Notes: generated by a model not told the origin, from the sequence alone. Shown: positions 43,201-53,500, counted from the stretch's first letter. The stretch is DNA of 64,000 nt from Geobacter sp. UBA2189 (GCA_002328035.1 DCVL01000001.1:162-64161); one strand, 5' to 3'. Made by a program: numbers and translations.

Positions 43201-44775
43201 GTGACAAGTTTTTGTCTGATTGTCCGACTATATAGTCCGGCCAGGATATACTCTGTTTTTCGTGTATTGCTTACGGTTTTTCTGCTGATAAGAAGAAAGA
43301 GGCAATGGCTCTGCATAACGCCTTTGCCCCCTGGAAAACTGGTAGAGGAAATTGAATACCTCGGGGCAAGCTTTATCAAGCTGGCTCAAGTGCTTGCAAC
43401 ACGAGCCGACTTCTTTGATAGTAGCTATCTAGAGGCATTGAGGCAATTACATGATCAATTGCCTAAGATGTCCAACCTTGATTTTGATCAGGTCTTTGAA
43501 AGAGCTTTTGGACACGGAGACTGTTTCAAAAACTTTGAGAGAGAACCTTTGGCCTGTGCCTCTATTGGGCAGGTTCATTGTGCTGTCCTCTGCAGTGGCG
43601 AACAGGTAGCGGTAAAGCTCAGACGTAACCGTATCGAAATGGTAGTAAGGGGAGATATCCGGCTTTTGGGATGGTTCCTCTCACTTCTTCGCCCACTTTT
43701 TTCTGAATACACCAGAAATTCAATTGAAGCTGTACTGATAGCATTCCGCCGAACAATCCTGCAGGAAGTTGATATGCAGGTCGAACTTTCCAATCTTGAA
43801 CGATTCAGGCAGGCCTATCCTGATTCAGGTATCAGGATGCCTTTTCCTTACCCTGCCTTCTGTTCCACTGATGCCCTCGTGATGAGTTTTGAAGAGGGAA
43901 TCCGTTTTGATGATCGGGAAGGTCTTGCCAGGTTAAACGTATCCTTCCCATTGCTTATGGAAAAGCTGGTTCTGTTCTATACCGAACAGATGCTGGTTAA
44001 AGGTTTTTTTCATGCAGATCCGCATCCTGGAAACCTGCTTGTAACCAGAGAAGGTAATCTGGTGCTCCTTGATTTTGGTATGGTAAGCCGGATTCCCAAT
44101 GCTACCCGCCTGGCGATGATTAATACCGTAAAGGCAGCATATGAGAGGGATTTTGAACTCCTTGTTCAGGCAACCCGCAAGCTGGGGATAATAACAGACA
44201 GCGCTCCGCAGGATGAACTGACAGGGCTGGCCGAGGAGATCTTCAGAATCTTCGATAATGAACATTTAAGCGCCACCAGCATGCAGGAGCTGGCCTTCGG
44301 TATTATGGATGCACTTAAGGATTACCCGTTCAAGCTGCCACAGGAGATTATTTATGTTATGAGAGCCAGCTCTATTATTGAGGGTCTTGGCACTTCGTAC
44401 ATAGAAAACTTCAACGGGGTAAAGGATGTGCTCCCTGTCTTGAAGGCCAACCTGACCCGCGCCCTGGGAGAGCGTGACAGCATCCTGGGGGTTGTGGCAC
44501 ACGAACTGGCGCAGCTTCCACTTACATTTGTCAAGAGTCGCCATCTTGTTGATACCATGCAGCAGGGTGATCTGACAGTTCATCTTTCAGAAGATGATCG
44601 CAGAGCCCTGCTGAGACCGATACAGAGATGGCTACAGCAGATAATCGGGATAGGTCTGCTGGTGTCGATGGCCTTTTATCTGCGTGGAGTTAGTCATCCG
44701 GTTGCGGGATGGCTCTCCATTACCTGTTTTGGACTGGCCTTTGTCAGGCTTATCTGGTGGAAAAAACAGTTTTGA
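43201..44775 (+). CDS. ABC1/UbiB-family atypical protein kinase with C-terminal TM helices
   Basis: Contains LGASFIKLAQVLATRADFF, ASIGQVH, VAVKL.R and HADPHPGNLLV. GTG 43201 is proposed as the start (5 nt after the upstream stop); the ORF-track ATG at 43168 overlaps the phasin-like gene by 29 nt. The start is uncertain. Confidence 0.8.
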   Translation: MTSFCLIVRLYSPARIYSVFRVLLTVFLLIRRKRQWLCITPLPPGKLVEEIEYLGASFIKLAQVLATRADFFDSSYLEALRQLHDQLPKMSNLDFDQVFERAFGHGDCFKNFEREPLACASIGQVHCAVLCSGEQVAVKLRRNRIEMVVRGDIRLLGWFLSLLRPLFSEYTRNSIEAVLIAFRRTILQEVDMQVELSNLERFRQAYPDSGIRMPFPYPAFCSTDALVMSFEEGIRFDDREGLARLNVSFPLLMEKLVLFYTEQMLVKGFFHADPHPGNLLVTREGNLVLLDFGMVSRIPNATRLAMINTVKAAYERDFELLVQATRKLGIITDSAPQDELTGLAEEIFRIFDNEHLSATSMQELAFGIMDALKDYPFKLPQEIIYVMRASSIIEGLGTSYIENFNGVKDVLPVLKANLTRALGERDSILGVVAHELAQLPLTFVKSRHLVDTMQQGDLTVHLSEDDRRALLRPIQRWLQQIIGIGLLVSMAFYLRGVSHPVAGWLSITCFGLAFVRLIWWKKQF

Positions 44776-44782
44776 TCTCAGA

Positions 44783-44807
44783 GCGTTTTTAGCACTGCTA
44801 AAAACGC
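44783..44807. terminator. Hairpin between convergent ubiB-like and DUF853 genes
   Basis: 9-bp stem GCGTTTTTA (44783-44791) / TAAAAACGC (44799-44807). The right arm overlaps the last codons of the minus-strand gene. Confidence 0.45.
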
Positions 44808-46288
44808 CTGCCACCTAAAATAGACCCCATCACACCCCTTATAATCGCTCTTCCCAACTGGTTTCCCATGGAACGTACGGTGCTTTTTGCCAGAGCCTCC
44901 ACAACACCTTCGCGACGGATGCCAGTGCTGCCCGGGTTACCGAACAGCCCACCCAGCATCCTACCAATTCCACCCTCTGCCTCGTTATTGGCAGGGGAGG
45001 GGGAAGCGAACTGCGAGGCTCTTGCCTTCAGCAACTCAGATGCAGACTCCCTATCAACAGCCGAATCATATATACCGGCCACAAGTGAGCCCTTCATAAT
45101 CTGCTGACGTTCTGTCAACTCAATAGAGCCAATATGAGCAAGCGGAGGGATGACGAAGGCTCTTTCAACTACAGCCGGACGCCCACTCTCATCAAGGAAT
45201 GATATCAGCGCCTCCCCTACACCCAGCTCGGTAATGCTTGACGCCTCGTCCAGCGTGGGGTTGTCGCGCATGGTCTCTGCAGCAGCCTTCACAGCCTTCT
45301 GATCTCTTGGGCTGAAGGCGCGTAGCGCATGTTGAACCCGGTTGCCCAGCTGCGACAGAACCCTGTCAGGTACATCAGCAGGGTTCTGGGTCACAAAGTA
45401 AACCCCCACCCCTTTAGATCGGATAAGTCGAACAAGCTGTTCTATCTTGTCAACAAGGGGAGCCGGTGCATCGTTGAACAAAAGGTGAGCCTCATCAAAA
45501 AAGAAAACCAGTCTCGGTTTTTCCAGATCTCCAGCCTCCGGCAGGTTTTCAAAGAGTTCCGAGAGAAGCCAGAGAAGAAGAGTGGAGTAGAGCTTGGGTG
45601 CCTGCATCAGTTTATCAGCAGAGAGTATATTGACAACACCCAGCCCATTGTCTGTCTGCATAAGGTCATTGATATCCAGCATCGGCTCGCCCAGAATCCT
45701 GTCACCACCCTGGCTCTCCAGCGCAAGAAGTCCCCTCTGTATTGCACCCACACTGGCTGCAGAGACATTTCCATAGTCGGTGGCAATCGTCTTTGAGTTC
45801 TCCCCCACAAATTGTAGCATGGCTCTCAGATCCTTCAGATCCAACAGCAAAAGACCATTATCGTCAGCCACTTTAAAGGTGATGTTAAGAACCCCTGCCT
45901 GGGTCTCGTTAAGCTCCAGCATCCTTGATAAGAGTAGTGGTCCCAGATCGGACACAGTTGCCCGCACCGGGTGCCCCTGCTCGCCGAATGGATCCCAGAA
46001 GGTAACGGGAAAGGTGCGACAGGCATGTTCCTCCATCCCCAGTAGTTTAAGCCGCTCATCAACCTTGGGGTTGCCGCCGCCAGGCTTTGCAATGCCGGAA
46101 AGATCCCCTTTGACGTCAGACATGAAACAGGGGACACCTATAGATGAAAACTGCTCTGCCATAGTTTGAAGGCTAACAGTTTTCCCTGTGCCGGTGGCTC
46201 CGGTTATCAGACCGTGGCGGTTGGCCATCTGCGGTAGTATATGCAGTTCAGTACTACTATTCTTTGCAATCAGTAAAGGTTCAGACAT
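44798..46288 (-). CDS. DUF853 (YjgR-like) HerA/FtsK-superfamily P-loop ATPase
   Basis: 496 aa with Walker A GATGTGKT and Walker [11 protein letters not shown]-terminus ..[17 protein letters not shown] resembles E. coli YjgR; the C-terminus is a Gly/Arg-rich tail. Confidence 0.85.
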   Translation of the reverse strand: MSEPLLIAKNSSTELHILPQMANRHGLITGATGTGKTVSLQTMAEQFSSIGVPCFMSDVKGDLSGIAKPGGGNPKVDERLKLLGMEEHACRTFPVTFWDPFGEQGHPVRATVSDLGPLLLSRMLELNETQAGVLNITFKVADDNGLLLLDLKDLRAMLQFVGENSKTIATDYGNVSAASVGAIQRGLLALESQGGDRILGEPMLDINDLMQTDNGLGVVNILSADKLMQAPKLYSTLLLWLLSELFENLPEAGDLEKPRLVFFFDEAHLLFNDAPAPLVDKIEQLVRLIRSKGVGVYFVTQNPADVPDRVLSQLGNRVQHALRAFSPRDQKAVKAAAETMRDNPTLDEASSITELGVGEALISFLDESGRPAVVERAFVIPPLAHIGSIELTERQQIMKGSLVAGIYDSAVDRESASELLKARASQFASPSPANNEAEGGIGRMLGGLFGNPGSTGIRREGVVEALAKSTVRSMGNQLGRAIIRGVMGSILGGRRF

Positions 46289-46307
46289 AGTTGCCCTCTA
46301 TTCATAG

Positions 46308-46547
46308 TTATTCGTCTTCCGTGGCATCCCATGCAGCTTGGGTGAAACCGAGTCTCATGGCTGCCGACTGTTCCTGAGGGGTCAGATTGTCCCAGTATTT
46401 ATCTGCACTTTCAGGTGGACTGTTTCTGTCCCATCCAGACTGACTCCAACCCAGAACAGCCCAGAGTCCCTGCTCCTCTCTGCTCATGTCCGACCACCCC
46501 AGTTTCTCCCACATTCCTGGATTTCCTTTCATGTCGCGCACGCTCAT
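46308..46547 (-). CDS. 79-aa acidic Trp-rich tandem-repeat protein, unknown family
   Basis: Strong RBS (GGAGG, 6 nt from the ATG). It lies 19 nt upstream of the DUF853 gene on the same strand. Contains 7 Trp and two 23-aa repeats of W-[SD]-[DN]-[ML]-[ST]-x-x-E-Q-x5-L-G-[WF]-[ST]-Q-x2-W-D. Confidence 0.7.
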   Translation of the reverse strand: MSVRDMKGNPGMWEKLGWSDMSREEQGLWAVLGWSQSGWDRNSPPESADKYWDNLTPQEQSAAMRLGFTQAAWDATEDE

Positions 46548-46689
46548 GGTCGCCTCCTCTGAACTGTTTTTGTGTAGTGCATTCTACCCCGTATCTACAA
46601 ACTGTACAAGTGGTACACCCTTTTTGAATCCTTCTTATGTTGGATCTGGTAAGTTTTCTTGCGCCATAAAACCTTCAAATTTGTCAAAC

Positions 46690-47051
46690 TATCAGTCCCT
46701 GTTAAGCTGTCTTAAAAAAATATTGATTGGAGTAGAAGCGCGATAAACAGCTACTGTCCTGGATGATATAGGCCGCAGTCATACTAATCCGGCTACTCTT
46801 GCAGCATGAGAGACAGAGGTAATCAAGTCGGCTATGGAGATTATCAGGGGTATTGATAAGGATTCAGTCAAGCAGTCCATTTATGGTGCACTCTCTACAA
46901 TAGCACACGAAAACGGTATCAAGGTGCTGGCAGAAGGGGTGGAAACCTCCGAGGAGCTTGCCTATGTGAAATCGCGGGGGCAGACCTGGCTCAGGGATAC
47001 CTGTTTGGAAAACTGACGGCAGAACCGGTAAGGCGGCTGGAATTCTGTTAA
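46690..47051 (+). pseudogene. Decayed C-terminal part of an EAL-domain (c-di-GMP phosphodiesterase) gene
   Basis: One frame reads ..LIGVEAR*TATVLDDIGRSHTNPATLAA*ETEVIKSAMEIIRGIDKDSVKQSIYGALSTIAHENGIKVLAEGVETSEELAYVKSRG. After a shift at the G5 run (46975-46979) it continues ADLAQGYLFGKLTAEP..*. The EAL C-terminal signatures (DDxG, AEGVET, QGYLF) are present, but there are two in-frame stops, one frameshift and no N-terminal half. Confidence 0.7.
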
Positions 47052-47072
47052 TGTATACCGGTATGAACCAAC

Positions 47073-47095
47073 GAGGGTCGCACTAGGCGACCCTC
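47073..47095. other. GC-rich hairpin (orphan terminator-like stem)
   Basis: GAGGGTCGC-ACTAG-GCGACCCTC, a 9-bp stem with no clear U tract on either strand, lying between the EAL remnant and the hsp20 remnant. Confidence 0.3.
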
Positions 47096-47145
47096 AATAC
47101 AAGCTCTATCGGTTTATGATATCGGCAGACATAGCTGGTATGCCG

Positions 47146-47196
47146 TTCTTTCTCCGGCTTGGCTAGCCGGATGGTCAAGACCCCGTTTTTGAGGTT
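47146..47196 (-). pseudogene. Hsp20 C-terminal remnant
   Basis: The minus strand reads NLKNGVLTIRLAKPEKE, the conserved NGVLT(I/V).(L/I).K motif of the alpha-crystallin C-terminus. It lies directly downstream of the intact hsp20 stop, has no upstream ORF and is preceded by TGA. Confidence 0.4.
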
Positions 47197-47208
47197 AGTG
47201 CATCATGC

Positions 47209-47607
47209 TTAACCAATCTGTACGGCGATCCGTTTTGGTTTGGCTACTTCAGCCTTTGGCACCCTCAGGGTCAGAATGCCGTTTGCATAATCAGCATGAG
47301 CCTTTTCATGGTCAAGGCTCTCAGGGATTGAAAACTGGCGGTAGTAGTTGGCCAGTTCAAACTCCCGGTAGGCCGAGTTTCCGGGCACGGAGTGCTGCGC
47401 AGGGGCGCTGATGGTCAGGATCCCTTTTTCCACGTTCACATCGAGAGTACCCTTTGAAGCGCCGGGTATGTCTGCGGTCAGAACCAGCCCTTCTTCCGTT
47501 TCAATGATATTAACTGCCGGGCGGATATATTTTTCGTTTGACCGGGTCTCTTCGCGGGTCTGAACATTCTGTTCGTCATTTCTTTCCGTTAAGCTGTTGG
47601 CTGCCAT
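47209..47607 (-). CDS. Small heat-shock protein, Hsp20/alpha-crystallin family
   Basis: 132 aa with PAVNIIETEEGLVLTADIPG, ANGILTLRVPKAE and a KRIAVQ tail. RBS AAGGAGG. Confidence 0.9.
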   Translation of the reverse strand: MAANSLTERNDEQNVQTREETRSNEKYIRPAVNIIETEEGLVLTADIPGASKGTLDVNVEKGILTISAPAQHSVPGNSAYREFELANYYRQFSIPESLDHEKAHADYANGILTLRVPKAEVAKPKRIAVQIG

Positions 47608-47643
47608 GATTGACGACCTCCTTTCTGAATGGATTCGAAGCAG

Positions 47644-48096
47644 TTACGAAAGTTTGATTTCAATTTTCTTTGGTTTTGCATGTTCGGCCTTGGCCAGGGT
47701 GATCTGCATGATGCCATCCTTGCACTGAGCCGTTATCTTTTCAGAATCAACATCAACCGGTAGCTCAAGGGTACGAGAGAACTTGCCGGAGCCAAGTTCG
47801 GAGCGGTGCACGATCTGGCCTTCCTTTTCAACGAACGGTTTCCGTTCGCCGCTGATGGTGACAGTGTTCCTCAGAACCGACAGATCAACATCCTTTGGAT
47901 CAACTCCTGGCACCAGAGCCTCAATATAGATATGTCCCTCATCCTCGCTGAAGTTTACCAGCGGGAAGCGACGGGCGGTAGCCGGCGAAAGGAAAGTAGA
48001 TGAGCCTGATGGCCGGTTATAGCCTGCGCCACGAAACGCTTCATCAATTTCCCTTCTCAGATTGTCCAGTTCTTTGAATAGATCCCAGGTTGCCAT
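47644..48096 (-). CDS. Small heat-shock protein, Hsp20/alpha-crystallin family
   Basis: ATG 48096 (MATWDLFKELDNLRREIDEAF) follows GAGGAGG. The ORF-track start at 48249 adds 51 non-conserved residues across the promoter. Contains VNFSEDEGHIYIEALVPG and KDGIMQITLAKAE. Confidence 0.88.
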   Translation of the reverse strand: MATWDLFKELDNLRREIDEAFRGAGYNRPSGSSTFLSPATARRFPLVNFSEDEGHIYIEALVPGVDPKDVDLSVLRNTVTISGERKPFVEKEGQIVHRSELGSGKFSRTLELPVDVDSEKITAQCKDGIMQITLAKAEHAKPKKIEIKLS

Positions 48097-48134
48097 TTGG
48101 ATTGCCTCCTCTCGATAAATGTTTTTCTGATAGA

Positions 48135-48162
48135 AAGATAGTATGCATTTTTTAGATGTCAA
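48135..48162 (-). promoter_or_regulatory. Candidate promoter of the hsp20 pair
   Basis: Minus strand: TTGACA (48162-48157), 16-nt spacer, TATCTT (48140-48135), about 39 nt before the ATG. A C6 run lies just upstream of the -35. No clear sigma32 or sigma54 consensus was seen. Confidence 0.3.
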
Positions 48163-48274
48163 GGGGGGTAGAGTCAATTCTATAATAGTGCTTTTGGATT
48201 GTAATACTCTGAAATTATTAAGTATGTCTAAAAAACGACGACTTGGCACTAAAATAGGTTGAGAGTGCTTTAAA

Positions 48275-48304
48275 TAAAAAACCGGCGGGGATTGGTCTCC
48301 GCCG
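48275..48304 (-). terminator. Rho-independent terminator of the DUF4197 gene
   Basis: Minus strand: CGGCGG-AGACCAATCC-CCGCCG followed by GTTTTTTATTT, 15 nt after the stop. Confidence 0.65.
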
Positions 48305-48318
48305 TTCAGATGATGAAG

Positions 48319-49053
48319 TTACTTGCTGCCAAATACCGAACGCAGCAGATCGGTAGTTCTGGCTGTCGGATTTGACCTTATGTTTTTTTCCTCCTCACCA
48401 ACCATCCTGAATAATCCATCCAGAGCCTTGTTTGTAACGTAACTATCCAGATCAAGCGATGGTTTGCCTGCCAGTGATGCCAGCGGAACCGAATCCATTT
48501 TATCCAGCAACCCTTTGTATGCGCGGGCAGTACCCACTTGGTTCATACTCTTGCTTACAGTTGGCTTAAATGCCTCAAATAACCCCGCTCTGGTTTTCTT
48601 TTCAAAGAAACTGGTGGCGGCCGTGTCGCCCCCTTTCAGAATATCTTTGGCATCATCCACGGTCATGCTGCGGATGGCGTCTCCGAAAAAAGTTGCTGCT
48701 TTCGGCGCGGCCTTTTCTGCCGCACGATTCATGCTCAATACGAGTTCATCAACCTCTTTTTGAAAACCGGCCTGTTTGAGGATGCTGGCTGCTGTCTGGA
48801 ACTTCTCAGGTAGAAGTATCTTGATGATCTGATTACTAAAATAGCCGTCAGTTTTGGAAACACCATTTACGGCTCGTTCAGTGCCGGTGGCGAGCGCCTC
48901 TTTCAGACCCTTGACAATTGTACTGTTATCCAGCTGGTTTCCCTGTCTGCTCGGGGGTAGTACCTTTTGTGAAAGTTCATCTAAAAAACCTGCCTGACAG
49001 GGTGAAACGAGGAACAATAAAACGGCGGATGCCGAAAGAATACTACGTTTCAT
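48319..49053 (-). CDS. Secreted DUF4197 family protein
   Basis: ATG 49053 (MKRSILSASAVLLFLVSPCQAG signal peptide) follows AAGGAG. The body (IVKGLKEAL..G...AV......DGYF.N..IKILLP) matches DUF4197 as I recall it. Confidence 0.7.
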   Translation of the reverse strand: MKRSILSASAVLLFLVSPCQAGFLDELSQKVLPPSRQGNQLDNSTIVKGLKEALATGTERAVNGVSKTDGYFSNQIIKILLPEKFQTAASILKQAGFQKEVDELVLSMNRAAEKAAPKAATFFGDAIRSMTVDDAKDILKGGDTAATSFFEKKTRAGLFEAFKPTVSKSMNQVGTARAYKGLLDKMDSVPLASLAGKPSLDLDSYVTNKALDGLFRMVGEEEKNIRSNPTARTTDLLRSVFGSK

Positions 49054-49232
49054 GTTCTGTCTCCTTGAGCCTATGGATAAAGTAGGATGCATATAAACTA
49101 TAGGTTAATTTAACAATTATGCAATATATTATGGATTTTAAACTGAATCGTTTGCCTGCTTGCATGCTCCTGGGGTGTTTAGGCTTTTAGTAGCGAGTTG
49201 GCAAGACAGCAAGATAAGCGCTGCTTCCTGGC

Positions 49233-49260
49233 TTGCTAAATGATTAACTTCTGCTACAAT
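49233..49260 (+). promoter_or_regulatory. Candidate sigma70 promoter of the RND efflux operon
   Basis: TTGCTA (49233-49238), 16-nt spacer, TACAAT (49255-49260), about 50 nt before the ATG. Confidence 0.35.
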
Positions 49261-49311
49261 CCGTCGCGATCGTTTTGTTGTGCATTACTTTCAAACTAGG
49301 AGAAACCTTAA

Positions 49312-50556
49312 ATGCCCCGAGCATCAATCCATTTAAACAGCTCAAAACACTTTGTCGGATGCAGTTTTTTTGCGGTAGCGTTCTTGTTGGTTTTTGCTAT
49401 TGCTGTTTCCGGTTGCAATAAAAAGGGGGATCATGTCCAGATGCCGCCTGTTGTCGAATATCAGGCTGTTCAGCAGCAGGATGTGCCGATAATATCTGAA
49501 TGGGTAGGCACTGTTGATGGTTCGGTAAATGCCGTAATAAAGCCCCAGGTAACAGGTTACCTTATAAAGCAGCTGTACAATGAGGGGCAACTCGTTAAAA
49601 AAGGGCAGGCTCTGTTCGAGATAGATCCGAGAACCTTTAGGGCTGCGCTGGATCAGGCTGTTGCAAGTCTTGAGCAGGCAAAAGGAAATCTTGCAAGTCA
49701 GCAGGCTACATATATCTCCGCCAAGGCGGATCTTGAACGAATCCGACCGCTTGCAAAACGTAATGCGGTTTCAAAGAAGGATCTCGATGATGCGATTGGG
49801 AAAGAGGCATCTTCAAAGGCAGCGGTAGAGGCGTCAAAGGCTGCGATTGCTGCTGCTGCTGCAAATGTTGAAAAGGCCAGGCTTGATCTCGGTTTTACAA
49901 AGATTACTTCACCGGTTGATGGTATAGCCGGAATAGCAAAGGCTCAGCTGGGGAACCTTGTAAGTCCATCCATGTCAAACGAATTGACAACTGTATCAAC
50001 GGTAAATCCAATAAAGGTGTATATCAATGTTAGCGAGCAGGAACACCTGAAGGCTCAGAAGATCGCTGACACAACAATTGATAAAATTCCACTTGAGCTG
50101 ATACTGGCTGATGGTTCAGTTTATCCGCATAAAGGCAGGTTTGCCCTTGCGGATCGTCAGGTGGATCCAGGAACCGGAACTCTTAAGGTGGGCGCACTTT
50201 TTCCAAATCCTGATCATTTCCTCCGCCCCGGCCAGTTTGGCAGGTTGAAGGCGGCTATAACTACAAGAAAAGGGGCTCTCCTTGTTCCTCAACGGGCTGT
50301 GACTGAGATGCAGGGTAAATACCTTGTCGCGGTGGTTACTGCTGATAACAAGGCGGATGTGCGACCTGTAAAGGTTGGTGAACGATTCGGTTCTGACTGG
50401 ATTATTGAAGAAGGGTTGAAGGTTGGTGAAAAGGTTGTTGTTGAGGGAGTACAAAAGGCACGCCCCGGGGTCTTGGTTGATCCGAAGCCCTTTGTGAGGG
50501 AATCTGAAAAGAATGGCGCTACAGCAGCTACTCCTGCCAAAGATTCAAAGAGGTAG
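49312..50556 (+). CDS. RND efflux periplasmic adaptor (MFP; AcrA/MexA family) lipoprotein
   Basis: Lipobox AVSGC. Contains a coiled-coil hairpin and lipoyl/beta-barrel motifs (V.G.V..., FEIDPR.F, A..DL..T.I.SPVDG). Confidence 0.9.
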   Translation: MPRASIHLNSSKHFVGCSFFAVAFLLVFAIAVSGCNKKGDHVQMPPVVEYQAVQQQDVPIISEWVGTVDGSVNAVIKPQVTGYLIKQLYNEGQLVKKGQALFEIDPRTFRAALDQAVASLEQAKGNLASQQATYISAKADLERIRPLAKRNAVSKKDLDDAIGKEASSKAAVEASKAAIAAAAANVEKARLDLGFTKITSPVDGIAGIAKAQLGNLVSPSMSNELTTVSTVNPIKVYINVSEQEHLKAQKIADTTIDKIPLELILADGSVYPHKGRFALADRQVDPGTGTLKVGALFPNPDHFLRPGQFGRLKAAITTRKGALLVPQRAVTEMQGKYLVAVVTADNKADVRPVKVGERFGSDWIIEEGLKVGEKVVVEGVQKARPGVLVDPKPFVRESEKNGATAATPAKDSKR

Positions 50557-50562
50557 CGCTAT

Positions 50563-53500
50563 ATGTCAAAATTTTTTATAAATCGGCCGATTGTCGCTAT
50601 CGTTATAGCAATTCTTATGGTTACTGTCGGCCTTGTTTCAATGTTCAGTCTGCCGATCGCCCAGTTTCCCAATATTGTCCCGCCTGCTGTTCAGATAAGT
50701 TCGACCTATACTGGAGCTGATGCCCTTACTCTGGAGCAATCAGTTGCCACTCCGATTGAACAGCAGATGTCCGGCGTTGACAATATGGATTACATGTATT
50801 CCGTTAATGCCAACAATGGAACCTCAAACCTGTACGTCTATTTTGACCTGAAGACAGACCCCAACACCGATCAGGTTCTGGCTCAGATGCGTGAGGGGCA
50901 GGCTGAATCCCAGCTCCCTTCTGATGTCCGGAATTTTGGTGTCACTGTTCAAAAATCAACCTCATCTCCGTTGCTGCTTTTTGCCCTCTATTCCCCAAAT
51001 AACTCATACGACAACATCTTTCTGGCCAACTATGCCTTTATAAATATCAACGACCAGATGACCCGTATCAAGGGTGTAGCCAGTGTAACCGTTTTTGGCG
51101 CCGGTCAGTATGCTCTGCGTATCTGGGTTCGTCCTGACCAGCTGGCAAAGCTTAACATCACCATCCCTGAGATAGTAAACGCAGTAAACGCCCAGAATAC
51201 GGTTAATCCTGCCGGGCAGGTCGGTGGTGAGCCGGTTCCCAAGGGGCAGGAATTCACATATGCAGTGCGTGCCAAGGGGCGGCTACAGAGCGAAAAGGAA
51301 TTTGGGGATATTGTCCTTAGGGCCAATGAAGATGGTTCTCTGGTAAGGATTAAGGATGTTGCGAGGATTGAGCTTGGAGCCCAGAATTACAGCATCAAGT
51401 CACGGGTTAATGGCAAGCCTTCTGCTCTTATAGCGATATACCAGATGCCAGGTTCCAATGCGCTGGACGCGGCAAATGGAGCCAAGAATCTTATGAAGGA
51501 GCTGAAGAAGAGCTTCCCGCCTGACCTTGATTACTACGTTGCCCTAGATACTACTCTGGCGGTTTCCGAGGGGATGAAGGAGATCGTGACCACCCTGTTC
51601 GAGGCGCTGGCGCTGGTTATAATCGTTGTTTTTATCTTCCTGCAGGGGTGGAGAGCCACCCTGATCCCTCTGCTGGCGGTGCCGGTCTCGCTGATAGGAA
51701 CCTTTGCCTTCTTCCCGATGTTTGGTTTTTCAATAAATACGCTGTCTCTTTTCGGGATGGTACTTGCCATAGGTCTGGTTGTTGACGATGCCATCGTTGT
51801 GGTTGAAGCGGTTGAGCATCATATCGAACATGGTCTCTCCCCCAAAGAAGCGACCCTGAAGGCGATGGAAGAGGTTACCGGCCCTGTTATCGCCATTGCC
51901 ATTATCCTTGCCGCCGTCTTCGTTCCTACGGCCTTTATACCGGGCATTACCGGACGAATGTACCAGCAGTTTGCCGTCACAATAGCTATTTCAGTTATCA
52001 TATCAGCCTTCAACGCCCTTACACTCAGTCCTGCCCTTTGTGCAATGCTGTTAAAGCCGAAGGTGAAGAGCAACGGGCAGTTGCAGCGTTTCTTTGACTG
52101 GTTTAACAGAGCCTTTGGCCGGGCTACAGATGGCTATGTCAATGTATGCAGCAGCGCCATCCGAAAGAGCAAGACCAGCCTGTTGCTTCTCCTAGGAGCG
52201 GCTGTTCTTGCCGGTATATTGGGCAAGACCATTCCTTCTAGCTTTCTGCCTGAGGAGGATCAGGGATACCTGTTTGCCGGTGTGCAGTTGCCTGATGCCT
52301 CTTCGCTGCAACGGACAGACGAGATCTGCCACAAGGCTGAAGAGATGATCATGAAGACCCCTGGAGTGAAATACTGTTCAACCGTTGTCGGCTACAGTAT
52401 GATGAGCCAGGTTGCAAACACATACAGCGCCTTCTTCTTTGTATCACTTGAAGAGTGGGCGAAACGGAAGAAGCCGGAAGAGAAGTATGGGGCTATCATG
52501 GCAAGGGTTACAAAGGATCTTTCGAGTATCCCCGGAGCCATCGGTTTTGCCTTTCCACCTCCTGCCATCCCCGGTATCGGAACCTCTGGCGGGGTAGCCT
52601 TTATACTGCAGGACAGGGCAGGTAAGGATATCTCCTATCTCAGCCAGAATCTTGACAAATTTATTGCTGAGGCTAAAAAGCGCAAAGAGCTGGCCTCAGT
52701 CAGCAGCACTTTCCGGCCAACTGTGCCACAGATGTTCATTGATGTGGATCGTGACAAGGTGTTGAAACAGGGGGTCAACCTGTCAGATGTCTACAAGACA
52801 TTACAGAGTTTTATGGGGAGCGGTTTTGTAAATTATTTCAACCTGTATGGCAGACAGTGGCAGATCTATGTCCAGGCAGAGGGAGAGTTCAGAAACGAGA
52901 TACATGAAGTTGGGCAGTTTTATGTAAGGAACAGCCAGGGGAATATGGTGCCGCTCTCAGCCCTTACATCTGTACGTAATGTTTCCGGACCTGAATTTAC
53001 CATGCGCTACAATCTGTACCGTTCAGCTCAGATCAACGCAACGGCTGCGCCAGGCTACAGCTCTGCTCAGGCCATGAAGGCTCTCGAAGAGGTCTTTGCC
53101 CAAAGCATGCCGAGTGATATGGGGTATGACTACACCGGTATGTCATTTCAGGAGAAAAAGGCTCAGCAGGGGGTTTCTTCGTCGGCTATCTTTGCCTTTT
53201 CTCTATTCTGCGTATTCCTGATACTGGCAGCGCAATACGAGAGCTGGTCATTGCCATTCAGTGTGCTTCTAGGCACGCCGATAGCCGTTGCCGGTGCCTT
53301 TGTCGGGCTTCTTTCCAGGCAGTTTGAAAATAACGTCTATGCCCAGATCGGCCTTGTCATGCTTATCGGCCTGGCGGCCAAGAATGCCATTCTTATTGTT
53401 GAATTTGCAAAGATGGAGTATGAAAAAGGGAAGCCCCTTCTTGAGGCAACCCTTGCCGGCGCAAAGCTGAGATTAAGGCCTATACTCATGACCTCCTTTG

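Noticed and set aside
44868-46169. Several plus-strand ORFs (60-155 aa) opposite the DUF853 ATPase gene, and the minus-strand alternate-frame ORFs 45607-45810 and 45835-46137.
   Set aside because: All are nested in the well-supported ATPase reading frame and have Pro/Ser/Arg-rich translations. They are shadow frames.
48244-48262. TGGCAC hexamer (48244-48249) that looked like a sigma54 -24 element near the hsp20 genes.
   Set aside because: The -12 position reads TAGG instead of TTGC, and the element points away from the hsp20 genes into the terminator of the DUF4197 gene.
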